From: Patescibacteria group bacterium
Lineage (GTDB): Bacteria; Patescibacteriota; Patescibacteriia; UBA9934
Direction: 5' to 3'
Length of the DNA stretch: 64,000 bases
Assembly: GCA_038064675.1 (NCBI GenBank)
Contig: JBBTSM010000006.1
Coordinates: forward strand, 7,776 to 71,775
In this document: positions 18,259 through 27,738 of the stretch, one piece after another
How positions within the stretch are numbered: position 1 is the stretch's first letter
Layout of the letters: each line of letters starts with the position of its first letter
Position numbers and translations under genes: made by a program
Notes under the pieces: model-generated
Databases searched by the model: none
What the model was told of the DNA's origin: nothing
Seen by the model: the letters and a program-made list of their open reading frames with translations, nothing else

Positions 18259-19020
18259 TCAGATACTGAACACCCCCGGCGGGATACAGAGCGCCCGCAT
18301 CGTCTCTTCCTTGAGTCGCGAGTTCGCTGCGTGGTAGAGGAGTCCCCGACGAACCTTCGTCTCCTGCATCTCGTCCGTCACGCTGGCCAGGTAGAGCGAG
18401 AGCTCCCCCATCGTCATGGTCGGGATGAGATTCGCCGACGGTAGTTCATGCGGGAGCACGTCGGCAACGGTGAGCGCCATGAATGCGGCGACCTCCTCCG
18501 CCACGGTGAGCTCCTTCGGCTCGATCGGCGTCGCGAGCGACGGATCGTAGACGAACAGTTGCTCGAGCGGCATTCCGGGACGAAGTCCGTGCTCGGCGAG
18601 TGCAGCGATGATCGCGGGCTCCTTCGCCCAGTCGCCGGTGCCGGCGAGCGCGATGAGTACTTCGAAGGGGGTCAACCACTTCAGATCCGGCGTTTTGCAC
18701 GCCTGGACGACGACAGCCTCGATGATCTCGCGAAGCTGCGGGAACATGTCGAGGCGACACCCGGCCGGCTTGAGAGCCGCTTCGGCGAAGTTCACGGTGC
18801 CGTTCATGCAGTTCTTGAGCCGACAGAGCTGCACCCGAGGAAGGGTTGCAAGCATCCACACCTGCTCGATGCCCGCGCGCTGACAGACATTCGCGAGCCG
18901 GGTAACGATACTGGACGAGCGCGGAGCTGCCGTCGGAACACGCTCGAGAAGCGCATCGACCGACATCGCGAGAACGTCGAGCGGAACAGATGACGGAGTA
19001 GGAAGAACGAGACGGGTCAT
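18259..19020 (-). CDS. hypothetical protein (inside high-GC islet)
   Basis: 253-aa ORF. High GC spawns several overlapping antisense ORFs. This is the longest, and it is convergent with the 17635-18141 gene. Confidence 0.4.
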   Translation of the reverse strand: MTRLVLPTPSSVPLDVLAMSVDALLERVPTAAPRSSSIVTRLANVCQRAGIEQVWMLATLPRVQLCRLKNCMNGTVNFAEAALKPAGCRLDMFPQLREIIEAVVVQACKTPDLKWLTPFEVLIALAGTGDWAKEPAIIAALAEHGLRPGMPLEQLFVYDPSLATPIEPKELTVAEEVAAFMALTVADVLPHELPSANLIPTMTMGELSLYLASVTDEMQETKVRRGLLYHAANSRLKEETMRALCIPPGVFSI

Positions 19021-19164
19021 GAGGACTCCTTGCCGCCGCTGGATGCGGACGGACGGTAAATCCTAGCCAACCTTGGCGGAAATGTCCACAGAAGAAAGAA
19101 AAACTTCTTGACCATAACCCTCGCAGCCGATAGGCTAGTTCCTCACACTTCCTTCATCTCTTGC

Positions 19165-20298
19165 ATGTCGTTGGCGCTATTTCAACAATTTCATGAGGCA
19201 CTCAAACGGGCAAAACGCCCTGTGGTCGTTCTTCAGGCTTCCCCAACAGTGGACGATTTTACTTCTGCATTCAGCATCGTCGCGCTGTGTAAGACCCTTG
19301 GCGTTCCCTGCTCGATCGTTACGAGCGGCGGACGAGCACCAGATGCATTGAAGTTTCTTTCCGTGTTTCAAGACGTTGCCGGCGACCTTGGGAATATCAA
19401 CGCACTCACCCTTCGTGTCGATCTCAATCGCGCAAAAGTTGATGGGCTCACGTACGCCGTGGATGGCAACGATCTCGTCGTCACCATTACGCCAAAAACT
19501 GGCGCATGGCAGCCGAGCGATGTTCGTATTGAAAGTAACGATTACCGTTTCGATCTCATTATCGCGCTCGGTGCCCCAGATCGTTCCAGCCTTGGCGTAC
19601 TCTTTTCAACCTACGCGGATTTCTTTTTGAAAACCCCCACCGTCGTTATCGACCACGGCCCAGAGAACGAACACTTCGGCACCATCAACATCGTGGACCT
19701 TACGGCGACGAGCGTGTCTGAAGTGTGTTTCAACCTCTTCATGCATATTGATGCGTCGATCGTAAACTCCGATATCGCCACCGCACTTCTCACGGGCATG
19801 ATGAGCAAGACGAAGAGCTTCCGCGCGCCAAACGTTTCGCCAAAAACTCTCGAGATTGCACAAAAACTCATGGAGAAGAAAGCGGATCGCGAGAAGATTG
19901 TGGAGCATCTCTATCGAACACGATCAGTAGAAACACTCCGATTGTGGGGCCGTGCGCTTGCTCGACTCAAGGCTGATGAATCAATCGGCCTCGTGTGGAC
20001 GCTCATCACCAAACAGGATTTCGTTACTGCCGGCGCCAATGCCGAAGCCCTTCGCGACATTGCTGACGAGCTCCTCATGACATCTCCTTCCGCCAAAGTC
20101 GCCCTCATCCTTTTTGAAGCGTATAACGGCGCCATCGCTGGCCAGCTTTTCGCGCAACGGCCATTCGACGCCCTCGTTCTCGGTGCTCCGTTCCGTGCCA
20201 CCGGCACCCGCGAAGCCGTACATCTTTCCTTAACCCAAGCCGACATCGTTTCCGCAGAACGTGCTGTTATTTCACATCTCAAAACAAGTTTGAAATAA
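19165..20298 (+). CDS. DHH-superfamily protein, NrnA-like (DHH motif degenerate to DHG); ORF open from 19108
   Basis: N-terminal KRAKRPVVVLQASPTVDDFTSAF resembles the NrnA motif I/II region. VVIDHGPENEHFG is at the DHH-motif position. C-terminal DHHA1-like region. Confidence 0.4.
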   Translation: MSLALFQQFHEALKRAKRPVVVLQASPTVDDFTSAFSIVALCKTLGVPCSIVTSGGRAPDALKFLSVFQDVAGDLGNINALTLRVDLNRAKVDGLTYAVDGNDLVVTITPKTGAWQPSDVRIESNDYRFDLIIALGAPDRSSLGVLFSTYADFFLKTPTVVIDHGPENEHFGTINIVDLTATSVSEVCFNLFMHIDASIVNSDIATALLTGMMSKTKSFRAPNVSPKTLEIAQKLMEKKADREKIVEHLYRTRSVETLRLWGRALARLKADESIGLVWTLITKQDFVTAGANAEALRDIADELLMTSPSAKVALILFEAYNGAIAGQLFAQRPFDALVLGAPFRATGTREAVHLSLTQADIVSAERAVISHLKTSLK

Positions 20299-20412
20299 GT
20301 GTTTTTACTTTTTTCCCTACAGGATTTTTCGCGAATATTATTGACGATCCACAAAGATTGCACTATGTTTTCCGTGCAATATTGCAGTTCGCAAAACGAA
20401 CGGGAGCGACAA

Positions 20413-20634
20413 ATGCTTTTGAAGAACGTGAAGGAGACCTGCGAAACCGTCGTTTGGGGCTCAACCCTAACCATCGTGATCGCGCTCTGTGGTCTGGTCT
20501 GGGGAAGCTCCGTCACCCACGGCGCCGACACGATCGTCTACAGCTTCGTCTACGGTGGATTCGCCGTGATTCTCCTCATCCCCTCGTCAATCGGGTGGGC
20601 CGTCTCCCACTTCATGACAGCGAGGCGTGAATAG
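20413..20634 (+). CDS. small two-TM membrane protein, hypothetical (ORF open from 20299)
   Basis: MLLKNVKETCETVVWGSTLTIVIALCGLVWGSS...GGFAVILLIPSSIGWAV has two hydrophobic helices. Confidence 0.25.
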   Translation: MLLKNVKETCETVVWGSTLTIVIALCGLVWGSSVTHGADTIVYSFVYGGFAVILLIPSSIGWAVSHFMTARRE

Positions 20635-20750
20635 GAACGGAATCTCAGACCGCGTCGAGTCGGCCCCCAACGAAGGGATCGCTCGCACGGTCTCTTTAGT
20701 TTCAAAAATGCATAGATTCAAGACCTGACCCCACCGTCTTTCAACTCCTC

Positions 20751-20978
20751 CTATTCCCTATTCCACTCAAACCCCACAGATCCACAGTCCCCGCATTTCA
20801 TTTCAAAATACGTTTGATCGTCGCGCGGTTCCGTAACCCCGGTCCATGTTTCCTTGCCGCTGCACAACGGACACTCGGATTCGATAGATTGCATATGCGG
20901 AAATCGTATCACGCACCATCGATCTGCCGAATTGCTCATGTTACAATGTATCCATGGACTCACTCTGGTACTCAACAC
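20751..20978 (-). CDS. small zinc-ribbon protein, hypothetical
   Basis: 75 aa with CPLCSGKE...CGDCGS, a CxxC...CxxC zinc-ribbon signature. Confidence 0.3.
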   Translation of the reverse strand: MLSTRVSPWIHCNMSNSADRWCVIRFPHMQSIESECPLCSGKETWTGVTEPRDDQTYFEMKCGDCGSVGFEWNRE

Positions 20979-22381
20979 GCGCCATGCCGGCTCATCGAAG
21001 AGTTGGTGCGTATATTGCCGATACCGCTCCGCTCGGGCTGTTGTTTAAGCTTGTTCGCGACATTCCTGCAGCAGATCCGTATCTTGTTGGTGGAACAGTT
21101 CGCGACGCGGTTCTTGGCGTCGTTCCACACCGCGCGCACGTGTTAGTTCGCGACGTCGCGCCACCGCTTTTGAACAAATTCCTCAATGCCAACGGTGCGG
21201 TTACGCAACACACAAACGGACATTGGCATGTCACCCCTCGCGGCACACACGAAGCGATTTCCATTTCCGTACCACACGTTCGAACCCTCGATCATTCCGG
21301 AACAGCTACTCGAATTCCCGCACACGAACGATCGCTTCATGACGACCTTGCGGCCCGCGATTTCTCCGTGAACTCGATGGCATATTCGTTGAAAAACGGG
21401 ATTCTTCATGATCCTCACGGCGGATTAAACGATCTCATCAACCGCAAAACCATTCGCACGCTTCATCATCCAGAGCTTCACCTCTCCCAAGAACCGGCGC
21501 TTGTTTCTCGCGCGATTCGTTTAGCAAGTCAGTACGGACTCACGTTCGACCAGGCGCTGTGGAACGCAATCCCCCGTCATCATTCTTCCGTTCATCGCAC
21601 GGATCACGACGAAAACGGCAACAATCAGTACGTCATCCCCCGCGTTCGACTTGGCCACGATGTTTTGATGGCGCTTGCACACAATCCAAAATACGCACTC
21701 GCACTCCTCAAAGACAGTGGCGCGTTAGAATCCCTCGCCCCAGAGCTCCTTCACCATGGCGCAACCATTCATGACGACGGTGAAACCGGTTGGCAGAAAA
21801 CAAACCGTCTCTTCGATATCCTCGAGCATCACGACATCACTCGGGCATACGGCACGGCAAAAAAGAGTGCGACGCTGTACCTTGCCGGTCTCCTCACCCT
21901 TCTCGACGACCGCGCAATGGGAACGCTCCGCAACATCGTTACCCGATTACACCTTCACGCCGTTGATGACCATCGTCTACACTTCGATCATACGGATGCC
22001 GGATGGATGCTCAACAAAACCGTCACCCTCACCCAAGGCCACGCTACCGATCTCTCCCCCGCCGAACGCGAACGACTTGTTCGCGGCCAACGCGGCGCAG
22101 AACTCCTCGCGCTTCTTGATGCAACCGCAAGCGCAAAACACGAACACGGCATCGCTCGTGAGAATCTGGTCGACCTCAGAAACGAACGTGATCGCTGGCT
22201 CAATAACCCAGCTCCTGATGAGCTCGTCCGCGGTCGCGACCTGCTTGCTCTCAACTACTCCCCCGGCGCACATCTCCGAGGAATCTTAGACAAAATCCGC
22301 AGCGCTCAACTGGACGGCTATCTTTCTAGTCGCGCCGCCGCTCTCGACTTTGCACGCTATCTCGCAGCACAACAGTCATAA
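20954..22381 (+). CDS. cca: CCA-adding tRNA nucleotidyltransferase / poly(A) polymerase family
   Basis: LVGGTVRDAVLG (GGxVRD) head-domain motif, DFSVNSMAY, and a C-terminal HD-like region. Confidence 0.8.
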   Translation: MDSLWYSTRAMPAHRRVGAYIADTAPLGLLFKLVRDIPAADPYLVGGTVRDAVLGVVPHRAHVLVRDVAPPLLNKFLNANGAVTQHTNGHWHVTPRGTHEAISISVPHVRTLDHSGTATRIPAHERSLHDDLAARDFSVNSMAYSLKNGILHDPHGGLNDLINRKTIRTLHHPELHLSQEPALVSRAIRLASQYGLTFDQALWNAIPRHHSSVHRTDHDENGNNQYVIPRVRLGHDVLMALAHNPKYALALLKDSGALESLAPELLHHGATIHDDGETGWQKTNRLFDILEHHDITRAYGTAKKSATLYLAGLLTLLDDRAMGTLRNIVTRLHLHAVDDHRLHFDHTDAGWMLNKTVTLTQGHATDLSPAERERLVRGQRGAELLALLDATASAKHEHGIARENLVDLRNERDRWLNNPAPDELVRGRDLLALNYSPGAHLRGILDKIRSAQLDGYLSSRAAALDFARYLAAQQS

Positions 22382-22387
22382 CGCCCT

Positions 22388-23221
22388 ATGTCCTGGGAAC
22401 AACACGCAGCAAACGATCCTCGCCTTGAGCATTTTCGCAATCCGGAAGCGCGAAAAGAATTTTTGGCGCTCTCACGAGAAGAACGGGAAGCCGTGGAAAG
22501 GACATCGGATCTTATCGCAAAGGAGGCGGATTTTTTCCGTTTGTGCATGGGGAAGAAGATTGCGACAAATTACGAAATAAGCGATTTCGGGACGAAAACA
22601 TTTCACGGACCCGAAACCACGATTCCCATTCTCCGAACCTGGGCTGAGAGCATTCCTCTCTCCATAAAGCAGTACCTTGGTGGCATTGTGGATACCGCGG
22701 TCCTCTTTCGTTTTCCGTATCCGGATCCCACTAAGCCCTACAGTCTGTTTTATTTTCACGGAAAGGCTTCAGGACAAATGAAAAATCCCAAAACTGGAAA
22801 ACTCGAACTTGTAAATCCGAATGACGTGCGACCGAATCCGGAAGAATTCGCTTTCGCGATGCACGACGAACGAACATTTTCAAAAACCATCGCAGACGAT
22901 GAAACTGCCCTGCGAACACTTCCGATCAGCATTCTTCACGCGGGCATGAAAATCTCTCCAAAAGACCGAGTGTATTTCGACGGATCAATGACCGGCGCAC
23001 GCGGCACCTGGAAGGATCCACGACGACCTGCAGATGAAAAACGAGGACTTGTCTATGTCGATCTCAAGCACGGGAGACTTCGAAACACGCGGGACATGGA
23101 AGTTCCAGGACTCTCTGATTATCAATGCGCACCCGAACAGCTTCTGCAAAGCTTTGAAACGTCTTCTTTTCGCAAGGGAAGAGACACGGCCTTTCTTCAA
23201 AGTTGGACTTGGTCCGAGTAA
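22388..23221 (+). CDS. hypothetical protein
   Basis: 277-aa ORF starting 7 nt after cca. No motif recognised. Confidence 0.4.
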   Translation: MSWEQHAANDPRLEHFRNPEARKEFLALSREEREAVERTSDLIAKEADFFRLCMGKKIATNYEISDFGTKTFHGPETTIPILRTWAESIPLSIKQYLGGIVDTAVLFRFPYPDPTKPYSLFYFHGKASGQMKNPKTGKLELVNPNDVRPNPEEFAFAMHDERTFSKTIADDETALRTLPISILHAGMKISPKDRVYFDGSMTGARGTWKDPRRPADEKRGLVYVDLKHGRLRNTRDMEVPGLSDYQCAPEQLLQSFETSSFRKGRDTAFLQSWTWSE

Positions 23222-23227
23222 ACAAAA

Positions 23228-23253
23228 CACCGTCCGCAATGGACGGTGTTTTG
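23228..23253 (+). terminator. Rho-independent terminator
   Basis: caccgtcc-gcaat-ggacggtg hairpin followed by tttt, immediately after the 22388-23221 CDS. Confidence 0.6.
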
Positions 23254-23330
23254 TGGTGCGCGCACGTGGACTCGAACCACGGACCTTCACAATGTCAATG
23301 TGACGCTCTAACCAACTGAGCTATGCGCGC
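23254..23330 (-). tRNA. tRNA-Val (anticodon GAC), CCA encoded
   Basis: Acceptor GCGCGCA/UGCGCGC, anticodon stem UCACA/UGUGA with loop UUGACAU, T-arm CGUGG-UUCGAGU-CCACG. Confidence 0.85.
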
Positions 23331-23342
23331 TCGGAGTGCTGC

Positions 23343-23450
23343 TCCAGTTTGCCGATTTTCGGCTTGCTACGTCGCACATTCGCTCAACGTACCAAGAAGT
23401 ACGCCTCGCGAACTGTGCTCCTTGCGCACCGAAACTCGTCTAAACTGGAA
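23343..23450 (+). repeat. copy B of the ~100-nt conserved noncoding element
   Basis: tttgccgattttcggcttgc...gctcaacgtaccaagaagtacgcctcgcgaactgtgctccttgcgcaccgaaactcgtc. Confidence 0.5.
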
Positions 23451-23524
23451 CAGCCCTCATCGATTCACTCTCTGAATTCTCGACCGGAAGGATACGATTC
23501 ACAAGGGACAATGTCAATGTGCAA

Positions 23525-23920
23525 TCACCGCTGCTTTTCGGTTCGGGAGAGGAGCATCGCCACCATGCCGGCGGCAAGGAGAAGAGCGAAGAACATCCCG
23601 CCGGCAACGAGAACGGCACGGAAGTCGCACACGAGGATCGATTGGATGTTGAAGTGCTCAGCGCCTTGCAATGTTCCCCGAGTAACAAGTTCGTCTGGGC
23701 ATCGCAGACCGTGCGGACGGGAAAGAATGATCCCCGCGTACGCTGCGCCAAATGCTGTTGCAGCGGCGCCCAAGGTGAACAAGCAGCTAAACCGGGCCTT
23801 CTTCATGTGCATCGCCCGCGCCGCGGCAATGATCGAAAACACCACGCCACCCAAAATCCAATAGATAATAAACCACGAGAGCGACAGAACAAGAAGTGCG
23901 GTTGTGGGATTCGCGGTCAT
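23525..23920 (-). CDS. integral membrane protein, hypothetical
   Basis: 131 aa with 4 predicted TM helices. A further unlisted 52-aa membrane mini-ORF (MYFIPPLLLFLGVVFG...) lies at about 23926-24085 on the same strand. Confidence 0.35.
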   Translation of the reverse strand: MTANPTTALLVLSLSWFIIYWILGGVVFSIIAAARAMHMKKARFSCLFTLGAAATAFGAAYAGIILSRPHGLRCPDELVTRGTLQGAEHFNIQSILVCDFRAVLVAGGMFFALLLAAGMVAMLLSRTEKQR

Positions 23921-24090
23921 AAAAGATTAGAGCGCGGAAAGCGCAAGGAACAGCACGGTTCCCGCAGCGAACGCCGCAAGGAAGAAGATATAGCTCAAGC
24001 CGACAAACTCGTGGTTATGGTGCTGGCGGCCCATTATACCAAAAACAACGCCGAGAAAGAGAAGAAGAGGAGGAATGAAATACATACGCT

Positions 24091-24167
24091 TGGTGGGTCT
24101 GCCTGGACTCGAACCAGGGACCGGCGAGGTATAAGCTCGCTGCTCTAACCAACTGAGCTACAGACCC
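24091..24167 (-). tRNA. tRNA-Ile (anticodon TAT; AUA decoder), CCA encoded
   Basis: Acceptor GGGUCUG/CAGACCC, anticodon stem GCGAG/CUCGC with loop CUUAUAC, T-arm CCUGG-UUCGAGU-CCAGG. Confidence 0.7.
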
Positions 24168-24266
24168 TTGGTTGGCTATCGAGGAACGCGAACAGCATAC
24201 TCGTGATCGCAGCCTTTCTCAAGTATAACGCTTTCAAATTCATGGGTTCTGTGCGATACTCCGCCC

Positions 24267-25199
24267 ATGAAAACCATCGAAATCCTGAGCATTGAACCAA
24301 AACGTCTCGACATCGCCCTCGCGGAAGTCCTTGAATTGAGCCGTTCAAAGGCCCAAAAGATCATTTCCGATGGCCGCGTACTCGTGAATGGTTCCGAGGC
24401 AAATGCCCACGAACTCGTCTCTTCAGCCTCCAAAGTCGAGATCGCCGAGCCAAAAGCGCCGATGATCGATCCAAACGCAAAACCGCCCGCACCCCTCAAC
24501 ATTCTCTACGAAGACGCAGACGTTCTCGTCGTAAACAAGCCAGCTGGCCTCCTCGTCCACCCAACCACCGCAAGCACGGAACCAACCCTGCTCGACCTTC
24601 TTCGCGCCCACATTCCTGGTCTTGATGCTGTTGGCGACGACAAAGCTCGCGCCGGCATTGTGCATCGTCTCGATAAACTCGCATCCGGAGTTGTTATCGT
24701 CGCGAAAACTCCTGAAGCATTCACGCATCTCAAGGCACAATTCGCTCAACGCCTTACTGACAAACGGTATACTGCGCTCGTTATGGGCAATGTTACCGAC
24801 GATTCCGGAACCATCACCTTCCCTATTGCACGGTCGCAATCCAACGCTCGAATGGCGGCACGACCAAGCTCACAAGAAGGAAAAGACGCTATTACGCATT
24901 TCGACGTCCTTCATCGCTATGCCAGTGCAACACTGCTCGACGTTCACATCGAAACTGGCCGAACGCATCAAATCCGCGTGCACTTCTTTGCGCTTGGCCG
25001 TCCGGTTGCCGGCGACGAGCTCTACAATATCCGTGGAATCAAGCAGATCCCGCTTGGACGACTGTTCCTTCATGCTCGCGCACTGACGATCGACCTCCCG
25101 AATGGCGAACGAAAGACATTCGAAGCGCCACTGCCACCAGAACTCGAACTCGCCCTCACCAAACTCGCAGAACCCCATCTTCAACGTGTGTCTCGATAA
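24267..25199 (+). CDS. rluD: RluA-family 23S rRNA pseudouridine synthase (RluD-like) with N-terminal S4 domain
   Basis: N-terminal S4 domain. HRLDKLASGVVIVAKT catalytic motif and HQIRVH. Confidence 0.8.
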   Translation: MKTIEILSIEPKRLDIALAEVLELSRSKAQKIISDGRVLVNGSEANAHELVSSASKVEIAEPKAPMIDPNAKPPAPLNILYEDADVLVVNKPAGLLVHPTTASTEPTLLDLLRAHIPGLDAVGDDKARAGIVHRLDKLASGVVIVAKTPEAFTHLKAQFAQRLTDKRYTALVMGNVTDDSGTITFPIARSQSNARMAARPSSQEGKDAITHFDVLHRYASATLLDVHIETGRTHQIRVHFFALGRPVAGDELYNIRGIKQIPLGRLFLHARALTIDLPNGERKTFEAPLPPELELALTKLAEPHLQRVSR

Positions 25200-25211
25200 A
25201 TCATCCTCACT

Positions 25212-25778
25212 ATGATCATCGCGCTCTCCGGTCTTTCTGGCACCGGAAAAACCACCATCAAGAACCTCCTCGCAGAACGGCTTGGCTTGCGGTCGTATTC
25301 AATGGGCGACCTTCGAGGGAAGATGGCGATGGAACGCGGCGTGACGATCGACGAACTCAATGCCCAAGGCATGACCGATGCATCGACAGATCGTGAGGTA
25401 GACGAATTTCAAACAAAACTCGGACGGACTGAAGACAATTTCATCATCGACGGCTGGCTTTCGTGGCACTTCATCCCCCACGCCTTCAAGGTGCAGTTGA
25501 CGGTGGATCCGACGGTTGCGGCAATACGCATCTACAACGCAAAAAAGAACGAGCCAGGAAGGGACGACGAGCCAGACTTTTCATCGGTCGCGGAAACGGA
25601 GCGAATCTTAGCCGATCGCGTGGCTCAAAGTGAGGTTCGGTATCAAAAATGGTACGGTTTTTCCCTGAAAAATGACGGGAAATACGACCTCATCGTCGAA
25701 ACCACACACCGAACCCCTGCAGAGATCATCGACGCCATCCTTAGCGCCATCCCCAAAAATCTTGACCCTCAGCCATAA
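25212..25778 (+). CDS. P-loop nucleoside-monophosphate kinase, cytidylate-kinase-like
   Basis: N-terminal Walker A MIIALSGLSGTGKTTI; size and layout are like archaeal-type CMP kinases. Confidence 0.5.
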   Translation: MIIALSGLSGTGKTTIKNLLAERLGLRSYSMGDLRGKMAMERGVTIDELNAQGMTDASTDREVDEFQTKLGRTEDNFIIDGWLSWHFIPHAFKVQLTVDPTVAAIRIYNAKKNEPGRDDEPDFSSVAETERILADRVAQSEVRYQKWYGFSLKNDGKYDLIVETTHRTPAEIIDAILSAIPKNLDPQP

Positions 25779-25878
25779 TTCCGCTACACTCCGCCCATTG
25801 TTCGGAACCTTTCACTCGCTCAATTTGCCCAAGCGCAGCGATCGCCCAAGGCGTAATCGCCGATCGCTCAATACTCCT

Positions 25879-26247
25879 ATGACCGACGCCATCGAAACCA
25901 CTGAAATCACCGACGCTCCAGCAGCAGTCGTCACCCCTACTGTTGTTGAAACAGGCATGGTGATCCGTCTCCACGAAAAAATTCAGGACGTGAACGCCAA
26001 AGGCGAACCACGTGAGCGTATCCAAATCTTCGAAGGCTTGGTGACCGGCACCCGCGGTGCTGGCGCATCGAAATCGTTCGTGGTCCGCAAGGAAAGCAAC
26101 GGATTCGGCGTAGAAAAGATTTTCCCAACCTCTTCCCCAGTTATCGTAAAGATCGAAGTGGTGAAGCGATACAAGGTCCGCAAGCGCAAGTTGAACTTCA
26201 TGAAAGACTTCGGCCGCAAGTTGCGCGAACTCGTCGTCAAGAAATAA
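25879..26247 (+). CDS. rplS: 50S ribosomal protein bL19
   Basis: IQIFEGLVTGTRGAGASKSFVVRK...GVEKIFPTSSPVIVKIEVVKRYKVRKRKLNF is a clear L19 signature. Start set at the ATG at 25879 inside the longer ORF. Confidence 0.85.
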   Translation: MTDAIETTEITDAPAAVVTPTVVETGMVIRLHEKIQDVNAKGEPRERIQIFEGLVTGTRGAGASKSFVVRKESNGFGVEKIFPTSSPVIVKIEVVKRYKVRKRKLNFMKDFGRKLRELVVKK

Positions 26248-26258
26248 TCTCATCAAAA

Positions 26259-26288
26259 CCCCGGCTCTCACGAGCCGGGGTTTTGTAT
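26259..26288 (+). terminator. Rho-independent terminator after rplS
   Basis: ccccggctc-tcac-gagccgggg perfect 9-bp hairpin followed by ttttgtattg. Confidence 0.8.
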
Positions 26289-26307
26289 TGTACGCTCAGA
26301 GTCGGTC

Positions 26308-27738
26308 CTAAAATGTGTGACAGAAGTATCCAGCCCCTAAGCTCGTACTCAATCCAAAGAAGTCCTTGAGCGCCTCGGCGACTGTTCGACTTGTGTCGCT
26401 TGCCGCACCCTCGTTGTACGCGCAGCGTGAAGCACCAAGCGCCGCCGCAACGCCACACGGGTCGGCGTTACATATCGTTTGAAGGAGCAATGCTCCGCCA
26501 GAGAAATTAATCGGAAGCTGCATGTATACCGGATCGGCTACATCCCCAATCTGCTGTGCAGAATATGCCATGTCCAAATCCTCATACACTCCACAGCCCC
26601 GCGGAACGCCCGCCGTGTCGCCGTCCTGCGTGGCGTCGAACAGGATACTTGGACAGCTAATGCCCCGCGCCGATGCCAAAGAATCTCCAGCCGTTGCACA
26701 ACTATTCAGGGTTGAATTAAACACGCAATACGTCGTGCCGCCGGACGCCGTATCATCAAGTGCGTTACACGAACTCGCTGTTGGGCTCGGAAGCTGTGCA
26801 CACGATTTGCACACACTCGTTTCGCCATCCTTCACGCAGACTTTCCCCGCATCAGCACCCGAACATTTTGTGTAATTACACACATCATCTTCCTTCCACG
26901 ATCCAATCGTCCCTTCCACCGGTGTTCCAGAGATCGTCCCCGTTCCACCGCAAGCCGCTGTTCCGGTTTTCAAGGCGACACTGTATCCAACATCGGCATC
27001 CGTTAAGCGCTCGCAGGAAGACTCCGCATCGAGAATTGTTACTTCCTTAATCATCGGGATACGCAGGGCGTTAAGTGCGGTGAGGCGTGGATCGATCAGG
27101 TTCAAGAGTACAAAGATACTCAGCAGAATAACAAGCCCAGTAATGGCGTTTGTAATGCGCTTCTTTGCCTTTTCAATGTACTTACTTTTTCCACGGGACA
27201 TAACGTACTGCAAACCACCGAGCATCATCATCACCACGGCAATAAGCGATGCCGCCGGCAAAAGCCACGTATAGATATCGTTGATGTATGTGGGAAGATT
27301 CGCAACTTCTGTCACACTGCCGATCGCCACGTTTAACGTGTATGGAGCGTCGTCTGCATAACAATATTTCTGCGGCAAGCTACTTGTTTTCGTCACCGCA
27401 CAGTCGTACGGCATGTCTCCCCCAGCCCAAGACGCACCGATCAATGTTGCGCCGCTGTATCCGCTCCATGATTCGCATTGATCTTGTGTCCAGCACTTTG
27501 GATTCCGATCGGGGTACTGCTGGGGATCGTTAAAACACCCAACAAATCGCGTATTCGTATCGATACACGTTTGCTGACAGGCACTATTCGTCATTTGATC
27601 CGCATCTACCGCGCCAGTCCCAGCCGATCCGCAAAAACATTCACACGTTGCTGCCGTCGACGCAAACGTGGCCTTTGGAAAAAAGGTAAGCAACGCCACG
27701 GCGGCGAGGGCAAGAAGACTACGTTTGACGCATGGCAT
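26308..27738 (-). CDS. cysteine-rich secreted protein with a central TrbC/VirB2-like two-TM hairpin
   Basis: 476 aa with signal peptide MPCVKRSLLALAAVALLTFFPKATFA. About 40 Cys in extracytoplasmic segments. Central TWLLPAASLIAVVMMMLGGLQYVMSRGKSKYIEKAKKRITNAITGLVILLSIFVLLNLIDP resembles TrbC/VirB2 pilin-like proteins. Confidence 0.5.
   Translation of the reverse strand: MPCVKRSLLALAAVALLTFFPKATFASTAATCECFCGSAGTGAVDADQMTNSACQQTCIDTNTRFVGCFNDPQQYPDRNPKCWTQDQCESWSGYSGATLIGASWAGGDMPYDCAVTKTSSLPQKYCYADDAPYTLNVAIGSVTEVANLPTYINDIYTWLLPAASLIAVVMMMLGGLQYVMSRGKSKYIEKAKKRITNAITGLVILLSIFVLLNLIDPRLTALNALRIPMIKEVTILDAESSCERLTDADVGYSVALKTGTAACGGTGTISGTPVEGTIGSWKEDDVCNYTKCSGADAGKVCVKDGETSVCKSCAQLPSPTASSCNALDDTASGGTTYCVFNSTLNSCATAGDSLASARGISCPSILFDATQDGDTAGVPRGCGVYEDLDMAYSAQQIGDVADPVYMQLPINFSGGALLLQTICNADPCGVAAALGASRCAYNEGAASDTSRTVAEALKDFFGLSTSLGAGYFCHTF

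Noticed and set aside
19911-20531. 206-aa minus-strand ORF overlapping the 3' end of the DHH-like gene
   Set aside because: It overlaps a better-supported gene on the opposite strand and is Ser/Arg/Cys-rich. It is likely spurious.
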